Source: a virus
Lineage: Duplodnaviria; Caudoviricetes
Length of the DNA: 64,000 nucleotides
Reading direction: 5' to 3' (one strand)
IMG/VR virus record: IMGVR_UViG_3300046167_000798
The position numbers and the translations under genes were made by a program. Positions 1 through 11,864 of the stretch are shown piece by piece. The notes under the pieces are model-generated. The model searched no databases and was not told the origin of the DNA. It worked only from the letters and a program-made list of their open reading frames with translations. The stretch's first letter is position 1. Every line of letters begins with the position of its first letter.

Positions 1-85
1 TAACTCCTATAACAAAATGATTTAGATTTGAAGATTCTAAATAATCTTTTAACCAATCTTTTATTTTATTTCCAGTATCCAACAT
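1..85 (-). CDS. nadE: Probable NAD+ synthetase, N-terminal fragment (runs off the window)
   Basis: Not in the ORF track. ATG at 85 reads MLDTGNKIKDWLKDYLESSNLNHFVIGV, matching the NadE N-terminus that leads into the SGGIDS loop. Only 28 codons are visible. Confidence 0.55.
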   Translation of the reverse strand, partial: MLDTGNKIKDWLKDYLESSNLNHFVIGV

Positions 86-779
86 CTTTTTTAAACCATT
101 TTATGTTCCAAAAATATAAATAATTTAACAAGTTTAGTTTAATAAAATTCCAATAACCGAATTTAAGAAACCTTCTATTATCTTGTCCAATATATTCATT
201 TACTATTTTAAATTTTGATTTTGATATCTGTTTAGATAACCAAAAATCTTCTGAGTTTTGTAAGGTTTCATCAAATCCTCCTAATTCATTAAATTTCTTT
301 TTTGAAATTAAGAAGAAACATCCTGTACAAAATGTGATTGGCATTATTTTTCTAATCCAATCTAATATTTTATAAGTCCAAACTGATTTTTTATCATCAG
401 ATGTAATTGATTTTTGTTTACATGAGATAATTTCATAATCGTTTAGATATTTTTTGACTTCTGTAATAACTTCTGAACCTTGTAATACAGAATCAGCATC
501 CATAAAAAGGATGTAAGGGGTATTTACTAACTTAGCACCATTATTTCTACCTTTTGGTGTATGACCACCTTCTGTTAGTTCTATTTTTAATTTTGGAAAA
601 TCATTTGATGCTTTATTAATATATTCTATTGTTTTATCTGTTGAATTTGCATCAGAAATAATAACTCTAGTTCCATTTATTTCCTTTTGTCTTGAAATTT
701 GCCAAAGTGTATTGTAAATATATCTCTCCTCATTATAAGAAGGTATTACGATAGTTAATAAGTTATTGGTATTTTTCAT
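66..779 (-). CDS. Glycosyltransferase family 2
   Basis: IVIPSYNE, ISDANSTD, RNNGAK, FMDAD (DxD) and GGFDE...EDFWL motifs. Confidence 0.9.
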   Translation of the reverse strand: MKNTNNLLTIVIPSYNEERYIYNTLWQISRQKEINGTRVIISDANSTDKTIEYINKASNDFPKLKIELTEGGHTPKGRNNGAKLVNTPYILFMDADSVLQGSEVITEVKKYLNDYEIISCKQKSITSDDKKSVWTYKILDWIRKIMPITFCTGCFFLISKKKFNELGGFDETLQNSEDFWLSKQISKSKFKIVNEYIGQDNRRFLKFGYWNFIKLNLLNYLYFWNIKWFKKDVGYWK

Positions 780-785
780 ATGATA

Positions 786-815
786 ATAAAAAAGGGGGAA
801 AATTAATCCCCCCTT
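786..815 (-). terminator. Intrinsic terminator after the TonB-dependent receptor
   Basis: Minus strand AAGGGGGGA-TTAATT-TTCCCCCTT followed by a T run. Confidence 0.8.
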
Positions 816-827
816 ATTTTATAAGTT

Positions 828-3540
828 TTAGAATCTTACTTTTAGAGAAGTATTGAACGTACGTCCAAATCCAAACCATACTGAGTTTCTAGTATCTACA
901 CCATTCCATGTTTCTGAAGCATCTCCAGCATGAATATTAGTGTTTGATTCTGCAATATAGTAAGTATCAAACAAGTTGTTTACATTAACTCTAAATGAAG
1001 CATCAGAACCGAATAACTCAAATCTGTAAGTTGCTCCTAAATCAGCCAATCCATAAGATGGTAATTTTAAAGCTCCTTTGTTACCAGGTTGAGTAAATTC
1101 TGAATCTGTGATTGAATAATCAGCATATAATCCATCAACGAATCTATATCCCAAATCAACTCTTAATCCTTGAATTACTTCGTAATCTGCTTCAACATAA
1201 GATGTGAACTGAGCCGCATCTCCTACTTTAGCATCTTTCAAGTACAATGTACCTGTTCCGATTGATTGTTGATTATCATCAAATAATTCTGCTGAGAAGT
1301 CATTAGTATATCTCCAATCTCCGATTGATAACATACCTTTTAATCTCAACTTATCTGTTGGGTTATAAGAAGATTCAACTTCGATACCATTGTGTACAAC
1401 ATCGATATCTTTAAATTGAGCTGAACCATCTACACCTTGTTGGTTAGATAAACTTCTTTGAACGAATCTATTACCCCATACAGTAGAATATGCATTAACA
1501 TTAACTCTAAAGTTATTACCAATGAAACCATATCCTAATTCGAATGATTTAATTTCTTCATTTTGTAAATCTTCAGAAATTGTATTTCCATAGTTAGGGA
1601 ATACTGCTCCGAAGTTTGGTTGTCTTGAAATTACACCAGCATTAAAGAATACGTTTTGTTTATCATCAATGTTGTAGTTTGCACCACCTTTAAGATAACC
1701 TCCACCTTGATTCTTAGTATCTGATTCTGGATTACCTGGTTGGTCAAAGTAATCAATTCTTTGGAATGATTGATTAGAAGTACCTGCTTGTAATACAGCT
1801 GATACTTTTTCATTGTTATATTCAACTAAACCATTGAATCCTTGCCATCCAACTTTACCAACATTGTAATAATCTATCTTCGGTCCTCTGATACCTGTAT
1901 CATTGAACGGAGAAGCTTCGATTGTAGTGTTGATAATCTGACCAGCAGAATTCTTATTACCTGTTGAGTAATACCCATCTAATCCCATAAGATTATTTAT
2001 AGTTCTATAATGGTAACCTGTGTAGTTTCTTAAATCGATACCAACAGAGTATTTCCAATTTCCACTTTCATATTCTAAGTTAGAGATTGCTCCAACCCAG
2101 TCATGAGAGTTCATAGATGCTCTTCTTACAAGTGCACTTCTATTAACACCATCATCTTGGAATCCATTAGAACCAATTAACTGACCAGCGAATGGTAAAT
2201 CACCACTATAAGGGTCTGTATTTGCTTGATTGTATGCAACAACTGCATCAAAATCAATAAACCCTTCAGGAGTTCTTGAACCTCTACCGTTTTCTAAGTA
2301 GTGTTCAGTTAAAGTCTTTTCTGAAAGGTAAGATATCAGTTTCCGAGTTGTAGTAACTTCTACCTCTTGGACCTGTTCCACCACCTCTACCAGCTGAACC
2401 ATATAATGATGTAGCTAGTTTAAGGTTATCAGAAATATCCCAATCCCAATTCAATGTTGCTAATGGTTTGTTATAGAAGTTTCTTCTCATTGAGAATTCT
2501 TCACCATTTAAAACACCACCATTGGAATTCCATCTTCTATCAATTCCTTCTTCACCGAAGTTTTGGTAATCTCTAATAGAAACCCAAACATCTCTTTGGT
2601 GGTGCCATTGTCCAGCACCTAAGAAAGAAAAGTTAACAGAATGGTCTGAATCTTCAGGTGCATATCCTAACGCAAAGAAGTAAGTGTAACCTTCTCCTTT
2701 TGTGTTATAGATATAACCATCACCTTGCCACTTAGAAAGTAACACAGATGTAGCCCATCCATTATCAGATAATCCTGTTGATACAGAAGCAGTAGTTTTA
2801 AAGTACCCATCATTACCAAATGATTGTTGTACCGATGAACCTTTTTTAGCCTCTGCAGCTTTTGTAAAGATTGATACAGTTCCACCTACTGATGGTACTG
2901 CTAATCTCGAAGCCCCAAGACCTCTTTGTAATTGGATACCACTTGCAACATCAGTTAAACCTTGCCAGTTAGACCAATAAACCCATCCGTTTTCCATATC
3001 ATTAACTGGTTGCCCATTAATAAGGAAAGAAGTGTTTCTTTGGTCAAATCCTCTTAAAGAGATTCTTGAATCACCATAACCACCACCTTGTTTGGTAGCG
3101 TAAACTCCAGGAGTTTTATTCATGATTTCAGGAAACTCTTGGTTACCTACTTTTAAAGCAATTTCTGCAGGTGAAATAGTTGATACAGCAACAGGTGTTT
3201 CTCTCACCTTCGCAATATCAATTACACCAGAAGTTACTACAACCTCACCTAATTGATTTAGGTCTGGTTCTAAGTAGATTTCCATAAAATCATCCACAGT
3301 AGAAACAACAAATGCAGTTTCATACCCTAGATAGGAGATAATCAATTCTTCTCCGTTTTTAACATCGAGTTCAAATGTACCATCAAAACCAGTTACAACT
3401 CCATCCGCCGTTCCTTGAACGATGATGGTTGCTCCTGGTAGAGGGTCATTAGTTTCGATGTCTAATACTTTCCCACTAACTTGTGCAAAAGTAGTGATAC
3501 TCGTTAAGAGCATCAATCCAACTAATAATAGTTTTCTCAT
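828..3540 (-). CDS. TonB-dependent receptor of Bacteroidota type (~903 aa after removing one inserted base near 2312)
   Basis: Signal peptide, CarboxypepD_reg-like domain (VSGKVLD..PLPGATI), plug (ISLRGFDQRN..LINGQPVND..IQLQRG), beta-barrel ending in F. The two ORFs join as RKD-L-TEHY once one T is deleted. Confidence 0.9.
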
Positions 3541-3583
3541 AATAATTAATTTTTGTTAATTTAATTTAATTGTAACCTAATCT

Positions 3584-4654
3584 TTATAATAAATGTGGTT
3601 TAGCTTCGTTAATACCTGAATTAGTAACTTTGACATATGGTGGATTAAAATCTTCCAAATCTTTAGCGCCACCATAAGATAGTGCAGATTTCACTCCATC
3701 AATTAACCCATTCACTATGAACTTAACTCCGCCCTTGTAGGGAATGGTTGTAGATTCACCTTCTACGTTTCTGGTCTGTTGACCATGTGTTACTTTCGTT
3801 TCTAACGATGCAGAACCTCTATATCTCTTATAAAGACCTTTTTGAGTTTCAACAATCTGACCTGGTGCTTCATCAGTACCAGCGATTAATGAACCCAACA
3901 TAACAGAACTCGCTCCAATTGCTAGAGCTTTTGATATATCACCACTTGAACGAATACCTCCATCAGCCATAACGGGTGTTTTCGCAACAGATATTATATC
4001 TTCCAAACAACTTACATTCGGTACACCGAATCCTGTCTTAACTCTCGTAGTACAAAGTGAACCTCCACCGATACCGACTCTTAATCCATCAGCACCCCAA
4101 GATTCTAATTCTTGAGCCGCCTCTTTTGTAGCGATATTTCCAGCGATTATATCCACCTTATCATCAAGGTTATTTTTACACCACATCAACATTTTTTCAA
4201 CGTTTTTGTGATGGCCATGAGCTACATCAATAACGATAATGTTACAACCACTATCTACTAAAGATTTAGCTCTATCTTTATCACTTTCACTTACTCCGAT
4301 AGATGCCATAATTGGTATATGAGGAATTTCTGAATGCCAATTATCAACCATGACTCCCCATGATTCAAATTGGTTTCCCCATTCTTCGGAATAAATTCTG
4401 TGATATAGTTCTTTGATTATTTTTGATTGTTCTTGTATTGTATTAAATCGATGGATACAACCAACTCCACCGAGTAAAAATATTTTATATGCCATTTCTA
4501 ATTCACAAACTGTATCCATCGGAGATGCTACAATTGGATTTAGAATACCGTATCTTCGTGATACGAGTGTTTTTAAATTTATTTGAGTACGAGAGGGAAT
4601 TTCTGAGTATTGTGGTACTAACTGAATATCATCGTATGTTAGATAGTTTTTCAT
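3584..4654 (-). CDS. IMP dehydrogenase / GMP reductase family protein, no CBS domains
   Basis: ASPMDTV, IDVAHGH, IAGNIAT, GIGGGSLCTTR (catalytic Cys), ADGGIRSSGD, YRGSAS..NVEG. Confidence 0.9.
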   Translation of the reverse strand: MKNYLTYDDIQLVPQYSEIPSRTQINLKTLVSRRYGILNPIVASPMDTVCELEMAYKIFLLGGVGCIHRFNTIQEQSKIIKELYHRIYSEEWGNQFESWGVMVDNWHSEIPHIPIMASIGVSESDKDRAKSLVDSGCNIIVIDVAHGHHKNVEKMLMWCKNNLDDKVDIIAGNIATKEAAQELESWGADGLRVGIGGGSLCTTRVKTGFGVPNVSCLEDIISVAKTPVMADGGIRSSGDISKALAIGASSVMLGSLIAGTDEAPGQIVETQKGLYKRYRGSASLETKVTHGQQTRNVEGESTTIPYKGGVKFIVNGLIDGVKSALSYGGAKDLEDFNPPYVKVTNSGINEAKPHLL

Positions 4655-4776
4655 TAACTATTACTTTGATTCGTATTTGTTGAATAGAAGGTTATACTAT
4701 CTGTGGTTACAGTAGTATTTAAAAAGTATGGATTATCTTCGTAATTCGTAAAATTTATATTATAAGTTTCACTCAT
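4654..4776 (-). CDS. Small hypothetical protein (40 aa)
   Basis: MSETYNINFTNYEDNPYFLNTTVTTDSITFYSTNTNQSNS fills the gap. Its stop overlaps the next ATG (TAATG). Confidence 0.5.
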   Translation of the reverse strand: MSETYNINFTNYEDNPYFLNTTVTTDSITFYSTNTNQSNS

Positions 4777-4790
4777 CTTTGTATAAGTAT

Positions 4791-6428
4791 TTAAGGTTTG
4801 TAAAAAACGAATATTGGTTCAAATTTATATGCCTTTCCATCGTACTGAACTGCATTCTTAATTCCACTCTTAGAAGGGTCTAATCCAACCATTCGTGTCA
4901 TTAACATTTTAAGTTTTCCTTTATATTCACATCCTAATTCATTTAAGATATCAATTGAATCTTGTTCCAATGGATAGTAAGTACTTTCACCAATCTTAAT
5001 ATCTGCAATATTCCATAGGATATACCTATCGTTTTTAAGATATTCATAGATTGTTGTTAGAGTAGGTCTTAGAAAGTTATCTCTCCAATCTTCATACTCA
5101 CCATAAGCTTTGAAGGATTGGTTCTCATCTTGTGAATATTGTTCTCTATTAAAGTAAGGAGGTGAAGTAAATGAAATATCTAATTTACCTTTATACTTTT
5201 GGAACTCAGGATTGTTTTTAATTAACTCTGAACCATCTTGGAATAACTCATAAGTGTTACCTTGCTTTTCTACATCAAAGAATGATGTAAGTTTATCTGA
5301 ATAATTATCTACACAATTATCATTATAAAACTTAGCCATGTACTCATAACGAGAAATACCTTCTTCATCTAAGAAGTTATCAGGATTAGGGTCTGTACCA
5401 ACATAATGGATTTTCTTACGAGAACTCATTGCTCCTAAGATTCTACCACCCCAACCACTCGATGAATCATAAATATGTAATGGTTCATCTGTATCGATGT
5501 GATTAGTATAGTTTTCATAAATCCACTTTGCAGTTAGTGCAGGGAAGTTTACAGCTGGTTGTCCACAACTTAATCTAAATACTTGTAATATCTTTGGAAA
5601 GATACCTGAATCTTTTTCATACCAACGTATTTGATATGCATAGTTTTGTGTTGTACCTGCTTCAGATGTCCATGAAGATTCAATTCTATCTATATTAGAT
5701 AATTGAGTATCTGATAAGAAACCATCATCTTTTAGTTGTTGAACTTGTTCGGCTTTTAGATAAAGATTTTTAGTACCAATATACTCTTCGTTAAAAGTAC
5801 CATAATTTTCAAGAGTTCTTGTATTTACTTTTGAAATCCAAATAGCTAAATCTTTATATTTTCCTTTGAATACTTTACCATTGTAAACATCTTTTATAAA
5901 ATCAATAGCACCTTGTCCATTCCAAAAAGGATTCTCATCTTTTTTATCTACAACAGAACGAGACCAAGAATACATAGAATCCCTCTTTACTGCTCGTTTC
6001 ATTATATGAACAAACTTATCTTCCATCGTTGGGTCTGAGAAATGGTCATAAATAGATAAACCATTATCAGCAGATTTACCAATTGAAATCTTAGTTTTTA
6101 ACATTGTAGGAAAAAACTGATTTACAACTGATGCATCTTTATTAAAGTTTTTAATGATACCCAATGATTCATCATCACCACTTAAATCCTTTTCCCAATA
6201 ATCTGCTGGGTTAGATTTAAGTTTCTTGAACTTTTCAATAATACCATCTTCATCTCTACCAATTACTGGTGGAGTACCTCGTTCATCCCATTGTTCAGTA
6301 ACTTCTTTACGAAGTAAACGAGCCCATACCACAAACTCATCATCAGTCATTTCTAACAACTGATGATAAGTAGTATTGGAACTAAACTCGGAAAACTTAC
6401 TTCTTTCGTAAAAGTGTTTGTTACTCAT
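4791..6428 (-). CDS. Amino (N4C/N6A) DNA methyltransferase with long N-terminal region
   Basis: SAM motif YDSSSGWGGR followed by catalytic FTSPPY. Confidence 0.75.
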   Translation of the reverse strand: MSNKHFYERSKFSEFSSNTTYHQLLEMTDDEFVVWARLLRKEVTEQWDERGTPPVIGRDEDGIIEKFKKLKSNPADYWEKDLSGDDESLGIIKNFNKDASVVNQFFPTMLKTKISIGKSADNGLSIYDHFSDPTMEDKFVHIMKRAVKRDSMYSWSRSVVDKKDENPFWNGQGAIDFIKDVYNGKVFKGKYKDLAIWISKVNTRTLENYGTFNEEYIGTKNLYLKAEQVQQLKDDGFLSDTQLSNIDRIESSWTSEAGTTQNYAYQIRWYEKDSGIFPKILQVFRLSCGQPAVNFPALTAKWIYENYTNHIDTDEPLHIYDSSSGWGGRILGAMSSRKKIHYVGTDPNPDNFLDEEGISRYEYMAKFYNDNCVDNYSDKLTSFFDVEKQGNTYELFQDGSELIKNNPEFQKYKGKLDISFTSPPYFNREQYSQDENQSFKAYGEYEDWRDNFLRPTLTTIYEYLKNDRYILWNIADIKIGESTYYPLEQDSIDILNELGCEYKGKLKMLMTRMVGLDPSKSGIKNAVQYDGKAYKFEPIFVFYKP

Positions 6429-7144
6429 TAAGATTGAATTTCTACAAGATAATAATTTGATTCGTAGTTATCGATTGAAAAAGAAATATGTGCCAATCCT
6501 TGTGATGAAATCTTTAAGGTAGCATCTGTTGCTTCTTTGTTTGCAACTAGTATCTCTTTTAAGTATGTAGCTGAGAAAGAAATTGGGTCTACTTTATCAG
6601 TTGTACAAGTACATTCAACATCGATGTTAATTCTATTTGTATTGATATTAGAATATCCTAAGATAATCTGACCAGAACCTTCTTTACAAGTAAATGTAAA
6701 GTTATTCTCATCTTGTAAAGCACCTTTTGCTTTGATAAACTTGTTTATAAAGTTTGAATCTAATTTAATTTCTACATTGAAATCAGGTAATTGTTTCAAA
6801 TCTGGTACATTAGGGATAACAGATAAATCTGCTAACATATAATTTACATTTGTTGAACCATCTTTGAATTTTAAAGATACTGGTTTCCCATCAATATCAT
6901 TGATTGAGAAATCTACATCGTTACCAAGAACTGATAACATTTTTGTAAGTTTAGTTGTATCATATACACCAAACTCAGAATTTGAACCTTCGAATTCACT
7001 CATTGATACTGTTCCTAGAACCGATTTATCATCTGAAATGAAATTAGTAGATAGTGAACCATCTTTTGATTCCCATTTTACAGATTCTACTAAACCTGCA
7101 AGGTTGTATTTTGATACAAACCTATTTAATGACTGTTTTTCCAT
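6428..7144 (-). CDS. T4 gp45-like sliding clamp
   Basis: Size, FGVYDTTKL motif, C-terminal YYLVEIQ, replication context. Confidence 0.7.
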   Translation of the reverse strand: MEKQSLNRFVSKYNLAGLVESVKWESKDGSLSTNFISDDKSVLGTVSMSEFEGSNSEFGVYDTTKLTKMLSVLGNDVDFSINDIDGKPVSLKFKDGSTNVNYMLADLSVIPNVPDLKQLPDFNVEIKLDSNFINKFIKAKGALQDENNFTFTCKEGSGQIILGYSNINTNRINIDVECTCTTDKVDPISFSATYLKEILVANKEATDATLKISSQGLAHISFSIDNYESNYYLVEIQS

Positions 7145-7177
7145 TGTTTATTTACTTAATTATAATTTATATTTGTA

Positions 7178-7208
7178 CAAATATACGAAATTTATTTGAA
7201 ACCACCAA
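7178..7208 (-). promoter_or_regulatory. Bacteroidota sigma70-type early promoter (clamp gene)
   Basis: TTG-N20-TATATTTG. Confidence 0.8.
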
Positions 7209-7225
7209 GCTTTTTCGTATTTATT

Positions 7226-8854
<1,629 letters not shown>

Positions 8855-8857
8855 TTA

Positions 8858-9223
8858 TTATACATTTGTTGCTTTTACTTCAAATCCACCATACTTAGTG
8901 TATTCTTCGTTTGGTACTCCAACATCTATCCAATCTTCACATCCTTTATTTCTTGAATCTGAATATACTTCCATTTCATATGCTTCTTCCATAGATAAAT
9001 CATATACTTCATCTTCACCATAAACTTCCATATTAGTTTCATTAGAATAGAATTCTTCGTTACACCAAACATTATCTCCAAGATAATCTAAAAGTTCTTC
9101 TGGTGTGTTACCTTCATATGGTGGTTCACACTTTCTTAATTTTTCAACATCAACCTCAATTGGTTTTGTTGCTTCCCATAGTGTGTATCTTTCACACTTT
9201 CTTACATAAATTTTTTCACTCAT
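8858..9223 (-). CDS. Hypothetical acidic protein
   Basis: 121-aa ORF filling the gap between the polymerase and groEL. No motif recognised. Confidence 0.7.
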   Translation of the reverse strand: MSEKIYVRKCERYTLWEATKPIEVDVEKLRKCEPPYEGNTPEELLDYLGDNVWCNEEFYSNETNMEVYGEDEVYDLSMEEAYEMEVYSDSRNKGCEDWIDVGVPNEEYTKYGGFEVKATNV

Positions 9224-9247
9224 TTGTTTTATATTTAATTTATTAAT

Positions 9248-9291
9248 TTCAATTTTTGTACCATTTGGTATTATACTGACATATTGTCAGT
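9248..9291 (-). promoter_or_regulatory. Sigma54-like promoter with upstream palindrome
   Basis: TGGTACA-N4-TTGAA (9263-9248). ACTGACA-N3-TGTCAGT (9275-9291) lies 11 bp upstream. Confidence 0.5.
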
Positions 9292-11809
9292 TTAAAAGTT
9301 AAAGAACTTTTCAGCAGTTCTTTGTTCACTAATTACTTCACCCCAACCAATCGCATCATAGAAAACTTGAAGTTTATGTCCTAATTCTCTTTCAAAGATT
9401 TTATTGTGGTCAATGTAAGTAGCTAAAAAATCTTCTATCTCTGGTGGGTCATTATAACCTGTAAATGCTAATCCATCAATTCCTAATGGATTATCTTTAA
9501 GATATACCCATTTTACCTTATCACCATTTTTTAGTGGTTCATATTTGAAAGGAGCTTTGAAATGTTTTAAACAATCATTATATAAAATAGATGCCTTAAC
9601 ATGAGCAGGTGTTCCTTTCATCATTGAGAATCTTTCTCTCTTACCTTTCGGCATATACTTCTTAAGATTCTTTACTGCTGAGTTCTTTGCAATCTCAGAT
9701 GTTGGTCTGTTTACCATATTCTTTTTGAAATCTAAAACATAATCTGAAATTTCTTCTTCTGTTTTACCCTTTAGAATATCAATAAGAACAGTACCCATAC
9801 ATTCTTGGAATGCTTTTGGAAATGATGAACGTTTAACATCTAATCCTTTTACATCTAATTTATCGCAAGGTACACCATTATCTGATATAATCCATTGTGC
9901 ATATCGTTTCTTTGCTACCCACAATCCTGCTTTTGCAACATACTCTTTCTTAATCTCTAATCTATGTTTATCAACATCTACATTAAAAATCTTCTTAGAT
10001 AAGATATCATAGAAATCATTGAGGTAATCTTGCATCTCTTCTGCAATATCATTTACATAACCAGCAATTGTATCTTGGTCTTGTTCCTTCCAATTAGGAA
10101 TTCGTTTATCCATCAAAGGAACTGCTGAGAAGAATACAGAATCAGTATCAATGTATATGTTAGAATCCAAATCAGGATTACCAAGTTCCTTATTGTACTT
10201 GATGTTAGCCATATCAGCAGTTGATTTAATAACTGTTTGTCCTGTTGTGGTAACAGCGGTAGCATTATCAACATCATAGAACCTAAAGGCAGGAAGACCA
10301 AGAACACCATATAAAGAGTTAAGTAAAATCTTCTGAACCAACTGACGTTTGTGATAGAAGGCATATTTTTCTTTGTTTCCTGCTTTTCCATATTTTTTCA
10401 TCTCATCTTTATATTCAACTCGTTTTTGAAACCACAAGTCAAGGATACCAGGTATACAACCAACTGTATCTGTTCTATAAAGTACACCATTAGATGCAAT
10501 TGCGAATTTAGATTGTTCTAAATATTCTTTTAAGTTTTCTTTTGATATCGAATCTTCTCCGATATAATAAGTATCAACTTCTCCCTTTACAAACTTATTT
10601 GCATCCCAATCTTGAATCTTACCAATCTTAGTTTCAGGTGAAATGTTTACAGTCATAATGAATAGAAGGATATAGTGAAGTTAAATCCAAATCATAAATC
10701 CATTCATACTTACCAACGATTGGTGCTTTTACATAAGCTCCGATAAACTTCTCTTGGTTATTATCTCTAATAGCCTGCATTCTTTCTTGTCTATCCGCTG
10801 GTTTGTTTGGTGCAACTAAGTTTCTTCTTCTTAGATAAGTTAACATTGCTCCTTCAAGATACTTTGATGAGTAAACAAAATCTTCATATGGTACATGACC
10901 AGCATGACAAATACCTCTACATAAATCAATGAACTGAAGTTTCTTATCGAAATCCACAACTAACTCAACATCCACTAAGTTATACTCAATGAACTTATCA
11001 ATATCATCTCTGAATAATTGGTCTAAGTTTCCTTGATATTCAATCTTACCTCTACCCAATTCTATTTTAGCAACAGTATCTAATCGATAGTTTGGAAGTT
11101 CACCATAGTTATAAATCTTGTAAAGTGAAATGTAATCTAAATAAGATACACCTGCCATAAAATATCTTTTACGATAAGGTGACCAAAAACATTGTCCGAT
11201 TGGTGATAATCTGTTTGCTTGTTTCTCACCTAATAATCTTTTGATTCTATTATATAACATTGGTGTATCGAAATAATCAATATTCCAACCTGTAACGATT
11301 GATGGATTAATCATTTCATATAATTCCAAATACTTCATTAACATATCTCGTTCATCTTGAAATGGAAGAACAATACATTTATCAGTAGTTTTTTCTTTCA
11401 TACCACCTTCCTTATCAACAACTAATACCCAATATTGGTTTGTTGCTGAATCATGAAGTGCAATTGAAGTTAACTCGTTTTTAGCTTCTTCGGGATTTGG
11501 TAATCCACTTAACATCTCACACTCAATATCATATGTAAGAATAACATGACCTGTTGATGCATCATCTGAATCTGAATATAAATCAACTAAAGCTCTAGTA
11601 GTTTCAGGTACATCTGATTCAAATAAATCAGGGTCATCCTTCTTAAACTTATAAACTTTAGTTAAGGTATCTCCATAAATAGATTTATACTCACCTCTCT
11701 GAACTTTCTCATATGCATATCTTGTATATGGAAATGCAGAATATCCTCTTTGGTCATCCCAAAGATGGATTAAATTTCTTTCTCGTTGATAATAAATGTT
11801 TTGATACAA
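9292..11809 (-). CDS. Family B DNA polymerase (~838 aa, one inserted base at ~10661)
   Basis: Exonuclease YDIE, GWNIDYFD, YNLVD. Polymerase DLTSLYPSI, KILLNSLYG, YIDTDS. Deleting one T restores SLYPSIIMTVNISPET. Confidence 0.95.
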
Positions 11810-11833
11810 ATTCTACTGTTTTATTTTATTATA

Positions 11834-11864
11834 CAAATATACGAATTATTTTTCAAATATCCAA
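11834..11864 (-). promoter_or_regulatory. Bacteroidota-type early promoter (polymerase)
   Basis: TTG-N20-TATATTTG. Confidence 0.8.

Noticed and set aside
9275-9291. Intrinsic terminator for the polymerase
   Set aside because: No U tract follows on the minus strand, and the 3-nt loop with a weak stem fits a DNA operator better. Not fully excluded.
9292-11809. Naturally split DNA polymerase, as in some phages
   Set aside because: The break falls inside motif A (SLYPSI/IM) and one deleted T restores a normal enzyme. It matches the window-wide insertion error pattern.
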